41,408 nucleotides of DNA from an uncultured Desulfurococcaceae archaeon (GTDB lineage Archaea > Thermoproteota > Thermoprotei_A > Sulfolobales > Desulfurococcaceae), in NCBI GenBank assembly GCA_964631195.1, contig CAZVWZ010000001.1:1-41408 (forward strand), in the 5' to 3' direction. The position numbers and the translations under genes were made by a program. Positions 1 to 8,858 of the stretch are shown piece by piece (position 1 is the stretch's first letter; every line of letters starts with the position of its first letter). Below the pieces are notes generated by a model that saw only the letters and a program-made list of their open reading frames with translations, ran no database searches and had not been told where the DNA came from.

Positions 1-593
1 CTAATGAACTAGGTATTACAAGTAAATGTATAGCTAATGGATTATACATTAATAGTTCTATTGAAGAGATTAAAGAGATTAGGGACTCACGTATCGAAAA
101 TGTTTTATTACTGGTCTTTGATCCCATGAACCCATCTAAATCTATGATGCCCTTAGATCGATATAATTTACTAGTTAATAAGCTCCTACCAATGGCTGAA
201 AAAACTTCGGCTAAGAACATCCTTGTAGACGCTATAGTCCTTGATCCGGCGAGTATAGTCTTTAGTGCAGAAACAATATTTCTTGTCAAGAAGAATCTCG
301 GATATCCAGCTGGATGTGCACCAGCGAATGCATTAGGGCCTGTATCTAAAAAGAGTGTTGAATTAGAGGAAATGTTTGGTGTTCATGGAGGTATAGCTGT
401 GTTCTTAAGGATGTATGGTGCAGACTTTATAATGTATGGGCCTATAAAGAGGATAAAATACGTAGCTCCAGCAGTCGCTATAGTTGATTCATTATTGGGT
501 TATAGTGCAAGATATAATGGATATAGAATAGATAGAAAGCATCCATTGAGAAAACTGCTTAAAAAACTACAAAAACTGTTTGCTTCATCGTAG
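1..593 (+). CDS. MtrH-like methyl-pterin:corrinoid methyltransferase, C-terminal part (5' end upstream of window)
   Basis: The frame of ORF 126..593 stays open back to nt 3 with no stop, so the CDS enters from upstream. The translation (..LLLVFDPMNPS.., ILVDAIVLDP, GYPAGCAPANA, ADFIMYGPIKRIKYVAPAVAIVD) is collinear with the conserved C-terminal blocks of methanogen MtrH as I recall them (FDPM.P / LID.AV.P / GYP.G.G / YGPI....FPAVA.VD). Confidence 0.7.
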   Translation, partial: NELGITSKCIANGLYINSSIEEIKEIRDSRIENVLLLVFDPMNPSKSMMPLDRYNLLVNKLLPMAEKTSAKNILVDAIVLDPASIVFSAETIFLVKKNLGYPAGCAPANALGPVSKKSVELEEMFGVHGGIAVFLRMYGADFIMYGPIKRIKYVAPAVAIVDSLLGYSARYNGYRIDRKHPLRKLLKKLQKLFASS

Positions 594-739
594 ATACTTG
601 GTATCTTACCTATTCACAGAACCATTAGTAGTTAAAGAATCTAGCTAACTTATTATTACACATAACCTTAATTAATTATGAACCTAGGATAAACAATTTA
701 ATACTTACGTTGTTATCACTCTAAATATGGTGCCAATAT

Positions 740-1375
740 ATGGCCTTCCATGAAGGCCCTATTATCAAGCCGTCTAGAAAAAGAGCTAAAGAAGGCCTAA
801 GCCTAATTAGAGATGCAGCCTTCTACATGATGATAGGGGCATTATTAATAGGTATAGCAGTTATAGGCATACTTCCGGCAACTATATCACCTAGTCCATT
901 AAAAATTCCAGCTATACTATTTTCATCAATTATTACTATTGCAACAATATTTATTGGTGCGATAATAACATTACTTGGAGTTTATGTTAAGCTTTTACCA
1001 GGAGCATCATCTCTTGCAGACTATAGCGAGAGATATTCAACGGCAGCATCACTTATAAAGATTGGTTATTTAGGGGGTTTAATATTAATAATAGTAGGGA
1101 TCATTACACTAATTGCAATCATAGGCGCATCCTTCATAATTACTGGGTTCATATTATTGTTCATTGGTAAAATAGGCTTAATAATACTAATGTTTAAATT
1201 AAATGATGAATTCGACGATTCTAAATTTTTAATTGCAGGTATTTTATTTATACTTGGTATTTTTGTATCGTTACTAGATCTTATAGGATGGATATTAGTC
1301 TATATAGGAGCCGGGGAGGTCATTGAGAGACTTGAAGTAGCAGTTAAAACACCGCCGCCTCCGCCGGCTTTATAG
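740..1375 (+). CDS. Polytopic membrane protein with Pro-rich C-terminal tail, unknown function
   Basis: 211-aa ORF with about 5-6 long hydrophobic I/L/G-rich segments and a PPPPPAL tail. An A/T-rich promoter-like region lies upstream. No family recognised. Confidence 0.55.
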   Translation: MAFHEGPIIKPSRKRAKEGLSLIRDAAFYMMIGALLIGIAVIGILPATISPSPLKIPAILFSSIITIATIFIGAIITLLGVYVKLLPGASSLADYSERYSTAASLIKIGYLGGLILIIVGIITLIAIIGASFIITGFILLFIGKIGLIILMFKLNDEFDDSKFLIAGILFILGIFVSLLDLIGWILVYIGAGEVIERLEVAVKTPPPPPAL

Positions 1376-1465
1376 AGATAGATCATTGTACATGCTTTTT
1401 ATAAAACCAGATCAATATGTTCTAATAGATCTATTTTATAGAAAATGCTTCTATGCCTAAAACTA

Positions 1466-2125
1466 TTATTTAACTGGCAGGCTATTAATTAACTTAATTG
1501 TTTCTATAGCATCTTTACCATATCCATCTGCGCCTATTTTTCTAGCATATTCTGGAGTAACGGCTGCTCCACCAACTAGTACATAGACTTTTTTCCTTAG
1601 ACCTCGTCTTTCAAGTTCTTTAATTACTGTTTTCATATACTTGGCAGTAGATGTAAGTAATGCACTCATACAAAGTATGTCTGCATCATATTCTATAACG
1701 GCTTTAATGAATTTTTCAACATCAACATCAACACCAAGATCATGTACTTCATGGCCTGCTGCCTGCAACATAATGGCAATTATTGTCTTACCAATATCAT
1801 GTATATCTCCTTTAACAGTTCCAATAACAATTCTATGTCTATTCTTAGCCTTATAACCACTAACTTCTTTCTCAAGAAGTGGATTAAGCATGTTCATAGC
1901 CTTCTTAAAGATCTCTGCAGCCTCGATCAATTCAGCTATAAAGTATTCACCCTCCTCATATAAATGACCAATCTCCATCATACCAGCACTAAGAGGCCCC
2001 AGTACAATATCTGTAGCACTAGAGCCTCTCTCCAAAGCTTCCTTAATAGTCTCCAAGACACACTCTTCATCAAGATCAACTAAACACTTTCGAATCCTAT
2101 CGTAGGCTTTACTAGAGCTATTCAT
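1466..2125 (-). CDS. Corrinoid (cobalamin)-binding protein, MtaC/MtbC/MetH-B12-domain type
   Basis: 219 aa. It has an N-terminal helical cap followed by a Rossmann-like B12-binding domain with the DxHxxG loop (GDIHDIGK, about 1790..1810 on the minus strand), then SALLTS and GGA blocks typical of B12-binding domains. Confidence 0.8.
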   Translation of the reverse strand: MNSSSKAYDRIRKCLVDLDEECVLETIKEALERGSSATDIVLGPLSAGMMEIGHLYEEGEYFIAELIEAAEIFKKAMNMLNPLLEKEVSGYKAKNRHRIVIGTVKGDIHDIGKTIIAIMLQAAGHEVHDLGVDVDVEKFIKAVIEYDADILCMSALLTSTAKYMKTVIKELERRGLRKKVYVLVGGAAVTPEYARKIGADGYGKDAIETIKLINSLPVK

Positions 2126-2283
2126 ACTTTAATCACCATAAAATCATATGTTACTAGGAAAAAGTTATAGTTATGAGCTTATAAAAAGTAATGAGCTATA
2201 GCATGTTAGGTTTTAATGATTCTATAAATACATTTAATAAATTTATATAGAGAGTATATACTCTATACTTTACTGGTGTATAG

Positions 2284-2556
2284 GTGGTGGGGAGTAAGAT
2301 TAAGACTAGTATAGTTATTGATAGAGAGTTGTGGAGGAAGTTTAGAGAGAAGATTGCTATGGAGCGTGGCCTTAGAGAACTTAGTAAGGCTATTGAGGAG
2401 GCTATTGAAGAGGAGCTAGTTGAGGAGATCGTACTACGTGAGTTGGAGAAGGAATTGGGTGAGAATATTAGGTATAGTAGTATTGAGCCTATTAAGCCTC
2501 GTGTTAAGACTAGAGCCGAAGAGATAGTTAGAGAATTAAGGGAGTCTAGGCTTTGA
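2284..2556 (+). CDS. vapB: VapB-like antitoxin (small charged DNA-binding protein)
   Basis: 90-aa ORF with a GTG start, highly charged (E/K/R-rich). Its stop overlaps the TTG start of the downstream PIN gene by 4 nt (2553..2556), the classic TA arrangement. Confidence 0.6.
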   Translation: MVGSKIKTSIVIDRELWRKFREKIAMERGLRELSKAIEEAIEEELVEEIVLRELEKELGENIRYSSIEPIKPRVKTRAEEIVRELRESRL

Positions 2557-3005
2557 TAGTGTATCTTGATACCAGTGCTATTGTTAAGAGATACGTTGTT
2601 GAAGAGGGTAGTGATAAGGTTAGTAAGTTTTATGAAGATGCTCTAAATGGCGATCTTATTCTATCCTTTTCTCTATGGAATATTGGTGAAACAATTGGAA
2701 TATTTGATAAATATTGTAGAAGAGGATGGATTACTTCTAAAGATTATAAGAGAGCACTCTTAATGTTTAGAGTTGAGACTAGAAGGCTTATTAGACTCGG
2801 ATTACTCAAGATCGTTCCAGTAAGGTCAAGGCTATTAGTTAGTTCATGGAAGCTTATTACAAAATACCATATATATGTAGGAGACGCACTCCAGATACTA
2901 TCGGCAAAGTATGTACATGCTGATAAAGTAGTTACTAGTGATAGGAGATTACATGATATAGCTATAGCCGAGGGTATAAAATCTCTATATATTAGCGGTA
3001 AATAG
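2553..3005 (+). CDS. vapC: PIN-domain toxin, VapC family
   Basis: 150 aa. The N-terminus MIVYLDTSAIVKRY carries the PIN acidic residue, and later D residues (VGDALQ, TSDRRL) sit at typical PIN positions. It is translationally coupled to the upstream antitoxin. Confidence 0.8.
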   Translation: MIVYLDTSAIVKRYVVEEGSDKVSKFYEDALNGDLILSFSLWNIGETIGIFDKYCRRGWITSKDYKRALLMFRVETRRLIRLGLLKIVPVRSRLLVSSWKLITKYHIYVGDALQILSAKYVHADKVVTSDRRLHDIAIAEGIKSLYISGK

Positions 3006-3051
3006 TATTCTATATTATAATGTTGATAACACCTACAGGTGACTCTATGTT

Positions 3052-4020
3052 ATGAGAACTAGTCATGTAGGGAGCTTTCCACTAAGCTATAGCCGTGAGA
3101 ATGTAGATAGAATAATGAAGGATCTATGGAGTATAGGAATAGATGTTCCACCATATCCTCAGTTGAGGAGCTTTATAGATATATACTTACAGCCTCTACT
3201 TAATGAAGGAATAATATACTCTAAAAACGGTTTTTATTATATTAAATTTAATCAAATAGATCGTATACACAAGATTAAGCCAAAGATTTCAGAGGCTGAA
3301 GACGCCATTAATGCTATGATTAAGTATAATCTATTGTTTAAATGGCTCCGAGCACCCATTACTGGCCCATTTACTCTTGCATCAAGGATTTATGTTGATG
3401 ACCTAAGTAAAAGTTTATATGCAACATTACTTAGTAAGAAGGACTTTATAATGGATGCATTAGCTCCATATATAAGATCTTTTATCGAATATCTAGTTGA
3501 TCTAGGATATAATGTTCTATTCTTAGATGAACCAATTTTAGGGGTAATAGTGGGTAAGAAAAGAATAATTCTTGGATATAATGAAGAATATATTATTGAT
3601 ACCATAAACTACATACTTAAGGGTATAAGTGTTGAAAAAGGAATCCATGTATGTGGACGCATATCTGATAAACTCTTCAAGATACTTGCAAAAATAGATT
3701 CACTTGATATACTTAACTTCGAATTCTATGATACAAGAGAAAACCTAGAGATCATAGATCATAAAGTCTTAGAGAAAAACGACAAATTACTTGCACCCGG
3801 CATTGTCAGTGCTAAAAACCCATCTATAGAAGGTTTAGATGAAATTAAGAAATTATTAGAAAAGATCTATAGAATAGCTAATGGAAGAATTGATCTTGTT
3901 TCAGGAGACTGTGGTTTCGCTGGATTAAGAAACGCACTAGATAACCCATTAGATTCTTATAGAATCAGTATTGAAAAGTTAAGGAGAATAGTGGCTATTG
4001 TGCAAGAACTTGCCATATGA
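3052..4020 (+). CDS. Single-domain (core) MetE-type Zn-dependent thiol methyltransferase / methionine synthase-like
   Basis: 322 aa. HVGSFP near the N-terminus resembles COG0620 proteins. The pattern IHVCG ... NFEFYD ... SGDCGFAG matches the H-x-C / E / C zinc-site pattern of the MetE catalytic domain. There is no N-terminal folate-binding half. An AGGTGA SD lies about 12 nt upstream of the ATG. Confidence 0.65.
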   Translation: MRTSHVGSFPLSYSRENVDRIMKDLWSIGIDVPPYPQLRSFIDIYLQPLLNEGIIYSKNGFYYIKFNQIDRIHKIKPKISEAEDAINAMIKYNLLFKWLRAPITGPFTLASRIYVDDLSKSLYATLLSKKDFIMDALAPYIRSFIEYLVDLGYNVLFLDEPILGVIVGKKRIILGYNEEYIIDTINYILKGISVEKGIHVCGRISDKLFKILAKIDSLDILNFEFYDTRENLEIIDHKVLEKNDKLLAPGIVSAKNPSIEGLDEIKKLLEKIYRIANGRIDLVSGDCGFAGLRNALDNPLDSYRISIEKLRRIVAIVQELAI

Positions 4021-4714
4021 TCTCTAAAATGCTTTTTAACTTCTCTCTTTCAAGTGGAATAGATAAAACTATTCCATCAACATAATGTTTTATCTCATTA
4101 AGGTATTCTTCGACTTCATTGACCTCTATATATGGTTGATTAATTCTTGCCAATAATTTCCGGTTAGAATCTGTAGCAATTATAACATACGGATAGAGCT
4201 CTTTTTCCGCTTCCCTAGCAAATCTATACAATTTTCTATACTTATCAAGTGTTTCAAGACCTAGTCTTAGTACTAGGAAAAAGTCTGCCCCAATTCTAAG
4301 CCTACTAATAATATCGTTTAGCGCATACCGTAAACTAAGTATGGCACCGATCCTAATATTGTAATGGCTTTCTCTTAAATAATTAATAGCCGATATAGTA
4401 GTAAGTTCACTAACTAAAGATCCTATCTTAGGCCTATCTCCCATAGTTAATACAAGGCCATCAATTCCGAAGGCCTCAGCGGCCTTAGCAAGTGAGTGAA
4501 GGGCTACTGTATTAATGTCGTAGAGACGGACATGAGCAATACAGCAAACACCATAACGAGTCTTCATATAAACACAAGAGGCAACGCTATTAATACTGGG
4601 AAAACCAAGAGGAGACTCTGGAACATCAAAACAGTCAACATAATCACCAATTAAATTAATATAACGGTCTAATCTTTTCCTATCCCCACATACTTCTAAT
4701 AGTATCTTTACCAT
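3995..4714 (-). CDS. Methylene-tetrahydrofolate/pterin reductase-like protein (short MetF/MTHFR family)
   Basis: The block AHVRLYDIN..LAKAAEAFGIDGLVLTMGDRP parallels the MTHFR HLTC...GI.N.LALRGDPP block. The track ORF begins with GTG at 4729, but the ATG at 4714 is preceded by GGTGA 5 nt upstream, so I prefer 4714. The 3' end overlaps the convergent gene by 26 nt. Confidence 0.5.
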   Translation of the reverse strand: MVKILLEVCGDRKRLDRYINLIGDYVDCFDVPESPLGFPSINSVASCVYMKTRYGVCCIAHVRLYDINTVALHSLAKAAEAFGIDGLVLTMGDRPKIGSLVSELTTISAINYLRESHYNIRIGAILSLRYALNDIISRLRIGADFFLVLRLGLETLDKYRKLYRFAREAEKELYPYVIIATDSNRKLLARINQPYIEVNEVEEYLNEIKHYVDGIVLSIPLEREKLKSILEIIWQVLAQ

Positions 4715-5077
4715 TCTTTCACCAACCACCTAACATATAATTTAATAGAATACTTTAGGAGACTATCTTAATATAAATATGTCTAAAATTCCTGGTAACT
4801 TGACTTCTAATATAGATTTCTTCGTAGCGTGTTTCTCTGAATAGTGAGTAGTACATAGAATTTATTTACAAAGTATAATCAAAAACAATAAGATTATAAA
4901 ACATGGAAAGGAGGAATTACATGTGAAGATTAAATAGACCATATACGCTATTGGCAGCCATAGAAATCTATTATCAAGTTTAGGTCATTAGATAACTATC
5001 TATACCGTTATAAAACGTACATAATATACAGTATGAATATATAATAAAATCTAGTAAATAATCTGTAGGCATGAACC

Positions 5078-5704
5078 ATGACATATAGTATTATTGTCTT
5101 AGATAAGCGAAGAGATCTTTTAGGAATCGGTGTAGTATCTGGTAGTATTTCAGTGGGGTCAAGGGTTCCATGGGGGAAATATGGTGTGGGAGGAGTTACT
5201 TCTCAGGCATATACTAATCCTGGGTTAGGCCCCATAATACTTGATTATATGGAGAGAGGACATAGTGCAGAAGAAGCGATCAAGAAGGCTTTAAATAGAG
5301 ATAAGCAACCTAGTCTTAGACAGGTTGCTGCTATGGATTGGGATGGTAATGCATCGTATTATAATGGCAAGAACATTCCTATAGAGTATGGAGGATTTGT
5401 TTACAAGGAATGTGTTGCTATAGCGAATCTTGTAGTATCTAGCGAAATACCAAAGATACTATGTAGGTCATACTATGAAAATATGGACAATGATATGGGA
5501 GCCTCAATAATACACGCTTTAATGGGAGCTCATAACGTTGGCGGGGATCGGAGAGGCGATAGAAGCTCTGCTTTACTCATAATAGGATTAACAGAATTTA
5601 CTCCATATTATGACAGAATTCTTGATCTAAGGATCGATTATTCGAAAGAGCCTTTAAAGGAATTAGAGAGAATTTACAATATCTATAGGGGACTTTATCC
5701 GTAA
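5078..5704 (+). CDS. DUF1028-family Ntn-hydrolase-like protein
   Basis: 208 aa. The N-terminus MTYSIIVLD..LLGIGVVSGSISVGSRVPW...GVGGVTSQAYTNP..G has Thr2 as a putative N-terminal nucleophile and matches the DUF1028 consensus as I recall it. Confidence 0.65.
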   Translation: MTYSIIVLDKRRDLLGIGVVSGSISVGSRVPWGKYGVGGVTSQAYTNPGLGPIILDYMERGHSAEEAIKKALNRDKQPSLRQVAAMDWDGNASYYNGKNIPIEYGGFVYKECVAIANLVVSSEIPKILCRSYYENMDNDMGASIIHALMGAHNVGGDRRGDRSSALLIIGLTEFTPYYDRILDLRIDYSKEPLKELERIYNIYRGLYP

Positions 5705-5802
5705 ATCCACTAAACTACTATGTTCTTGGTCATTTTGAGTCTCCATAATGAAAAATATTTACTTACTATTAATTTTTATATAATATATTTGGTGCTTCAT
5801 CT

Positions 5803-6708
5803 TTGTGTGATATACTAGTTGTTACTCCTAAAGCGTCATGGAATAAAATTATGATATTTGCTAAGAACAGTGATCGCGAGCCTAATGAAGCCCAGATCAT
5901 AGAGTATATACCTCGTATGAAACATGAAGAAGATATTGTTAAATTAACTAATATAGAGTATCCACAAGTTAAGGAAACTTATGCAATACTTATATCGAGG
6001 CCTTGGCGGATCTATGGAGCTGAAATGGGTGTTAATGAATACGGCTTAGCCATCGGTAACGTCGCTGTATTTACAAAAGAGCCATACGACGATGAAGGAA
6101 TGCTTGGAATGGACATACTTAGACTAGCTCTTGAAAGAACGAGAACTGCTAAGGAGGAATTAGAATTTCTTGTCTCATTAATTGAGGAGATTGGGCAAGG
6201 AGGCAATTATTCGTATGAGAAGAGATTTAGATATCATAATTCATTTATAATAGTTGATCCTAATGAAGCATGGTTTCTTGAAATAGCTGGTAAATACTGG
6301 GCGGCAAAAAAGATTGATATTGTATATAGTATCTAAAACGCCTTATCTATTGGGAAAGAATGGGATATAGCTCATGATGATCTAGTTAGACATGGTTTTA
6401 TAAAACATGGATGTAGTATGGATGATTTTGATTTTTCTAAGTGTTATTCAGACTGATTCTATACAAGATTCTCTCATGGCCGTGAACGTAGACAATACAC
6501 TTATAGCATGCTTAAGAATAAGATAGGAGAAATTGTTGTATGGGATATACTTGATATATTGAGGAGCCATTTTAAAGAATACTATCACCCTGCCAAGGGA
6601 TCTATGAAGGATATATGTATGCATTATGGAGGTATTACAAGAGCACCAATGATGTATAGGTATAGACTTAATAAAATTAATAGAAAAGCCGGTATTCCAT
6701 CCATGTAA
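5803..6708 (+). pseudogene. Decayed peptidase C69 / secernin-like Ntn dipeptidase
   Basis: The TTG start followed by Cys2 (MCDILVV..FAKNSDREPNEAQ) is the C69/secernin hallmark. The same reading frame continues through an in-frame TAA (6334..6336) and an in-frame TGA (6454..6456). Family-like sequence sits on both sides (..FDFSKCYSD*FYTRFSHG..; ICMHYGG). The ORF ends at about 300 codons, butted against the convergent permease gene, and appears shorter than the family norm as I recall it. Confidence 0.75.
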
Positions 6709-6742
6709 TACTGGTCTCTTTATTAATAGTTTATGAAATGTA

Positions 6743-7432
6743 CTATTGTCTTAAAGTTGTAGATATTGATATACCCGGTATTGATATGCGTCTTTCTACT
6801 CTAAAGAATAATTCAGAGAATAATAATGAGAATATCACATATATTATTGCAATTATCGTATAGACTTGCAGATACATAAATGTCCTTGTACCAATAATTT
6901 TACCGGTATAAACAAGTTCTGGTACTGTAATGAAATATGCTATGGATGAGTACTTTAATAGATAAACTATCTCATTAGTTAGTGCAGGTAAGGCAACTCT
7001 AAATACCTGGGGTATGATAATGGTTCTTATAGCTGTAGCTTTCTTCATACCTATAGAAAGTGCTGCTTCCCATTGTCCGAGAGATACGGATCCTATGGCA
7101 CTTCTAAAATATTCTGCCTGATAAGCTCCAGAATTCAAACCTATAGCTATAATAGCAGATGTAAATGGATCAAGTTTAACACCTATGGTGGGTAATGAAT
7201 AATATATTAAAAACAATTGTACAACCATCGGTGTACCTCTAAAGATCTCGATATATGTTGCGACAATAGCCTTTACCCATAGTGGTCCATAGACTCTCAA
7301 TATACTTAGTCCAAGACCCAAAACCAAGCCTATAATATACGATATACATGTAAGTAAGAGGGTATTTCTAAGACCTTCTAAGAACAAAGGCCCATATCTT
7401 GTTAAAATAAAAACTATATCAGATAGCATCAT
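6743..7432 (-). CDS. Polar amino-acid ABC transporter permease (HisM/GlnP family)
   Basis: 229 aa with multiple TM segments and an EAA loop (EAALSIGMKKATAIRTIIIPQ). It overlaps the upstream ATPase gene by 4 nt. Confidence 0.85.
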   Translation of the reverse strand: MMLSDIVFILTRYGPLFLEGLRNTLLLTCISYIIGLVLGLGLSILRVYGPLWVKAIVATYIEIFRGTPMVVQLFLIYYSLPTIGVKLDPFTSAIIAIGLNSGAYQAEYFRSAIGSVSLGQWEAALSIGMKKATAIRTIIIPQVFRVALPALTNEIVYLLKYSSIAYFITVPELVYTGKIIGTRTFMYLQVYTIIAIIYVIFSLLFSELFFRVERRISIPGISISTTLRQ

Positions 7433-8187
7433 GATCCCTCTAGACTATACAACTCTGTTATACGTGATAGAAATCTCTTTGTACGTTCATGTTTAGGGCT
7501 TAAGATGACCTCTCTCGGCGGGCCTCTTTCAACTATTTTTCCTCCATCCATGAATAATATTTCATCACCTACTTTCATTGCAAATGTAATTTCATGAGTT
7601 ACAACAAGCATTGTCGTACCCTTTCTTGCTAAATCCTCCATTACCTTGAGAACTTCACCTATTAACTCTGGATCGAGAGCTGATGTTGGTTCATCAAATA
7701 AGATGATCCTAGGATTCATAGCAATAGCTCTTGCAATAGCTACTCTCTGTTGCTGGCCACCACTTAATTGAGCAGGATATTTTTTCCAAAGACTCTCATC
7801 AATACCAACTGATAATAAAGCCTCTTCAGCTATTTTCCTAGCTTTTTCTCTTGGCATTTTCTTAACTTTAACTAAACCAATCATAACATTCTCTATTGCA
7901 TTTAGATGAAGAAATAAGTTAAATTGTTGAAAGACAAACCCTATTTTAGCCCTAATCTTAGACTCGTCAATTCCTGGTCTAGTGATTTCTTCTCCATCTA
8001 GGAATATCTTCCCTTTATCAGGTTTTACAAGTAAATTAATACATCTGAGAAGAGTTGACTTACCTGTACCCGAGGGACCTATGATAACCTTTGTTTCTCC
8101 CTCTTTTACTGAGAAGGAAATACCTTTTAGAACTACTTGTTTCCCAAAGCTTTTCCATAGATTTTCTACTCTTAAAACTTCACTCAT
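7429..8187 (-). CDS. Polar amino-acid ABC transporter ATP-binding protein (GlnQ/HisP-like)
   Basis: Walker A GPSGTGKST, signature LSGGQQQRVAIARA, Walker B ILFDEPTSALD, H-loop VVTHE. Confidence 0.92.
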   Translation of the reverse strand: MSEVLRVENLWKSFGKQVVLKGISFSVKEGETKVIIGPSGTGKSTLLRCINLLVKPDKGKIFLDGEEITRPGIDESKIRAKIGFVFQQFNLFLHLNAIENVMIGLVKVKKMPREKARKIAEEALLSVGIDESLWKKYPAQLSGGQQQRVAIARAIAMNPRIILFDEPTSALDPELIGEVLKVMEDLARKGTTMLVVTHEITFAMKVGDEILFMDGGKIVERGPPREVILSPKHERTKRFLSRITELYSLEGS

Positions 8188-8852
8188 CTTCTAACACCGC
8201 CTCCAAGTCCAGGGATCATAAGCTTAGAATATACTTTATTAGCTAGAAGTGATGAGAGATAGGTTATTGTAAAGTATATTGCTGCTACAATCAATAGAGG
8301 TGTCTGGTAATCTAGTATAACTTGTCCGATATGTACAGCTTGTGTAAATATCTCTGAAACACCTATAGCATATGCGAGTGAAGTATCTTTTAAGACTATT
8401 GTAAATTCATTAATCCATCCAGGTATAACCAGTCTTAATGCTTGTGGAAGAATTATGTATCTAAATGCACTCCACTTGGTCATGCCTAATGATAATGCAG
8501 CTTCATACTGACTATAGCCTACTCCTTCAATAGCTCCTCGAAATAACTGACTTTGATAAGCAGCAGATCTTATTCCAATAGCTATAATTGCTGAAGGTAT
8601 CGGAGGCAATCTTATACCTAATGCAGGAAATCCAAGGAAAATAATGAATAAGATAACGAGTAAAGGTATACCTCTAATTATTCTTCCAATCCATGAAATA
8701 AGTATCCTAACAGGCCTCGGACCTAGAACTTCTAGAAAAGCAAGAGGTACACCTATGATAAGGCCTAGGCCTATACCTCCAAATGTTAGAATAAGAGTAT
8801 ATTGAAGACCAGAAAAAATAACTGGTATGTAAGATTCGATACTGGGTTCCAT
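8184..8852 (-). CDS. Polar amino-acid ABC transporter permease
   Basis: 222 aa with TM segments and an EAA loop (EAALSLGMTKWSAFRYIILPQ). It overlaps the ATPase gene by 4 nt. Confidence 0.85.
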   Translation of the reverse strand: MEPSIESYIPVIFSGLQYTLILTFGGIGLGLIIGVPLAFLEVLGPRPVRILISWIGRIIRGIPLLVILFIIFLGFPALGIRLPPIPSAIIAIGIRSAAYQSQLFRGAIEGVGYSQYEAALSLGMTKWSAFRYIILPQALRLVIPGWINEFTIVLKDTSLAYAIGVSEIFTQAVHIGQVILDYQTPLLIVAAIYFTITYLSSLLANKVYSKLMIPGLGGGVRR

Positions 8853-8858
8853 GTCTTA

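Noticed and set aside
1641-1963. Plus-strand ORFs 1641..1856 and 1742..1963 inside the corrinoid-protein gene
   Set aside because: They are antisense shadow ORFs within a well-supported minus-strand CDS. The translations are low-complexity S/T/I-rich with no motifs. The same reasoning applies to 3390..3605, 6012..6206, 7982..8194, 8707..8898, 17432..17623, 18017..18226, 19209..19454 and 20300..20488.
4730-5077. 348-nt divergent spacer as a host of an ncRNA or small ORF (for example the 21-codon ORF MSKIPGNLTSNIDFFVACFSE)
   Set aside because: I found only a weak 5-bp CATG-based hairpin and no conserved-looking motif. The region is A/T-rich like other promoter regions and is most simply two divergent promoters. 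Transcript data would be needed to say more.
5803-6708. Programmed stop-codon read-through or recoding in the C69 peptidase gene
   Set aside because: The two in-frame stops are different codons (TAA, TGA), neither is TAG (so no pyrrolysine context), I see no downstream structure, and the gene appears 3'-truncated as well. Pseudogenisation is the simpler explanation.
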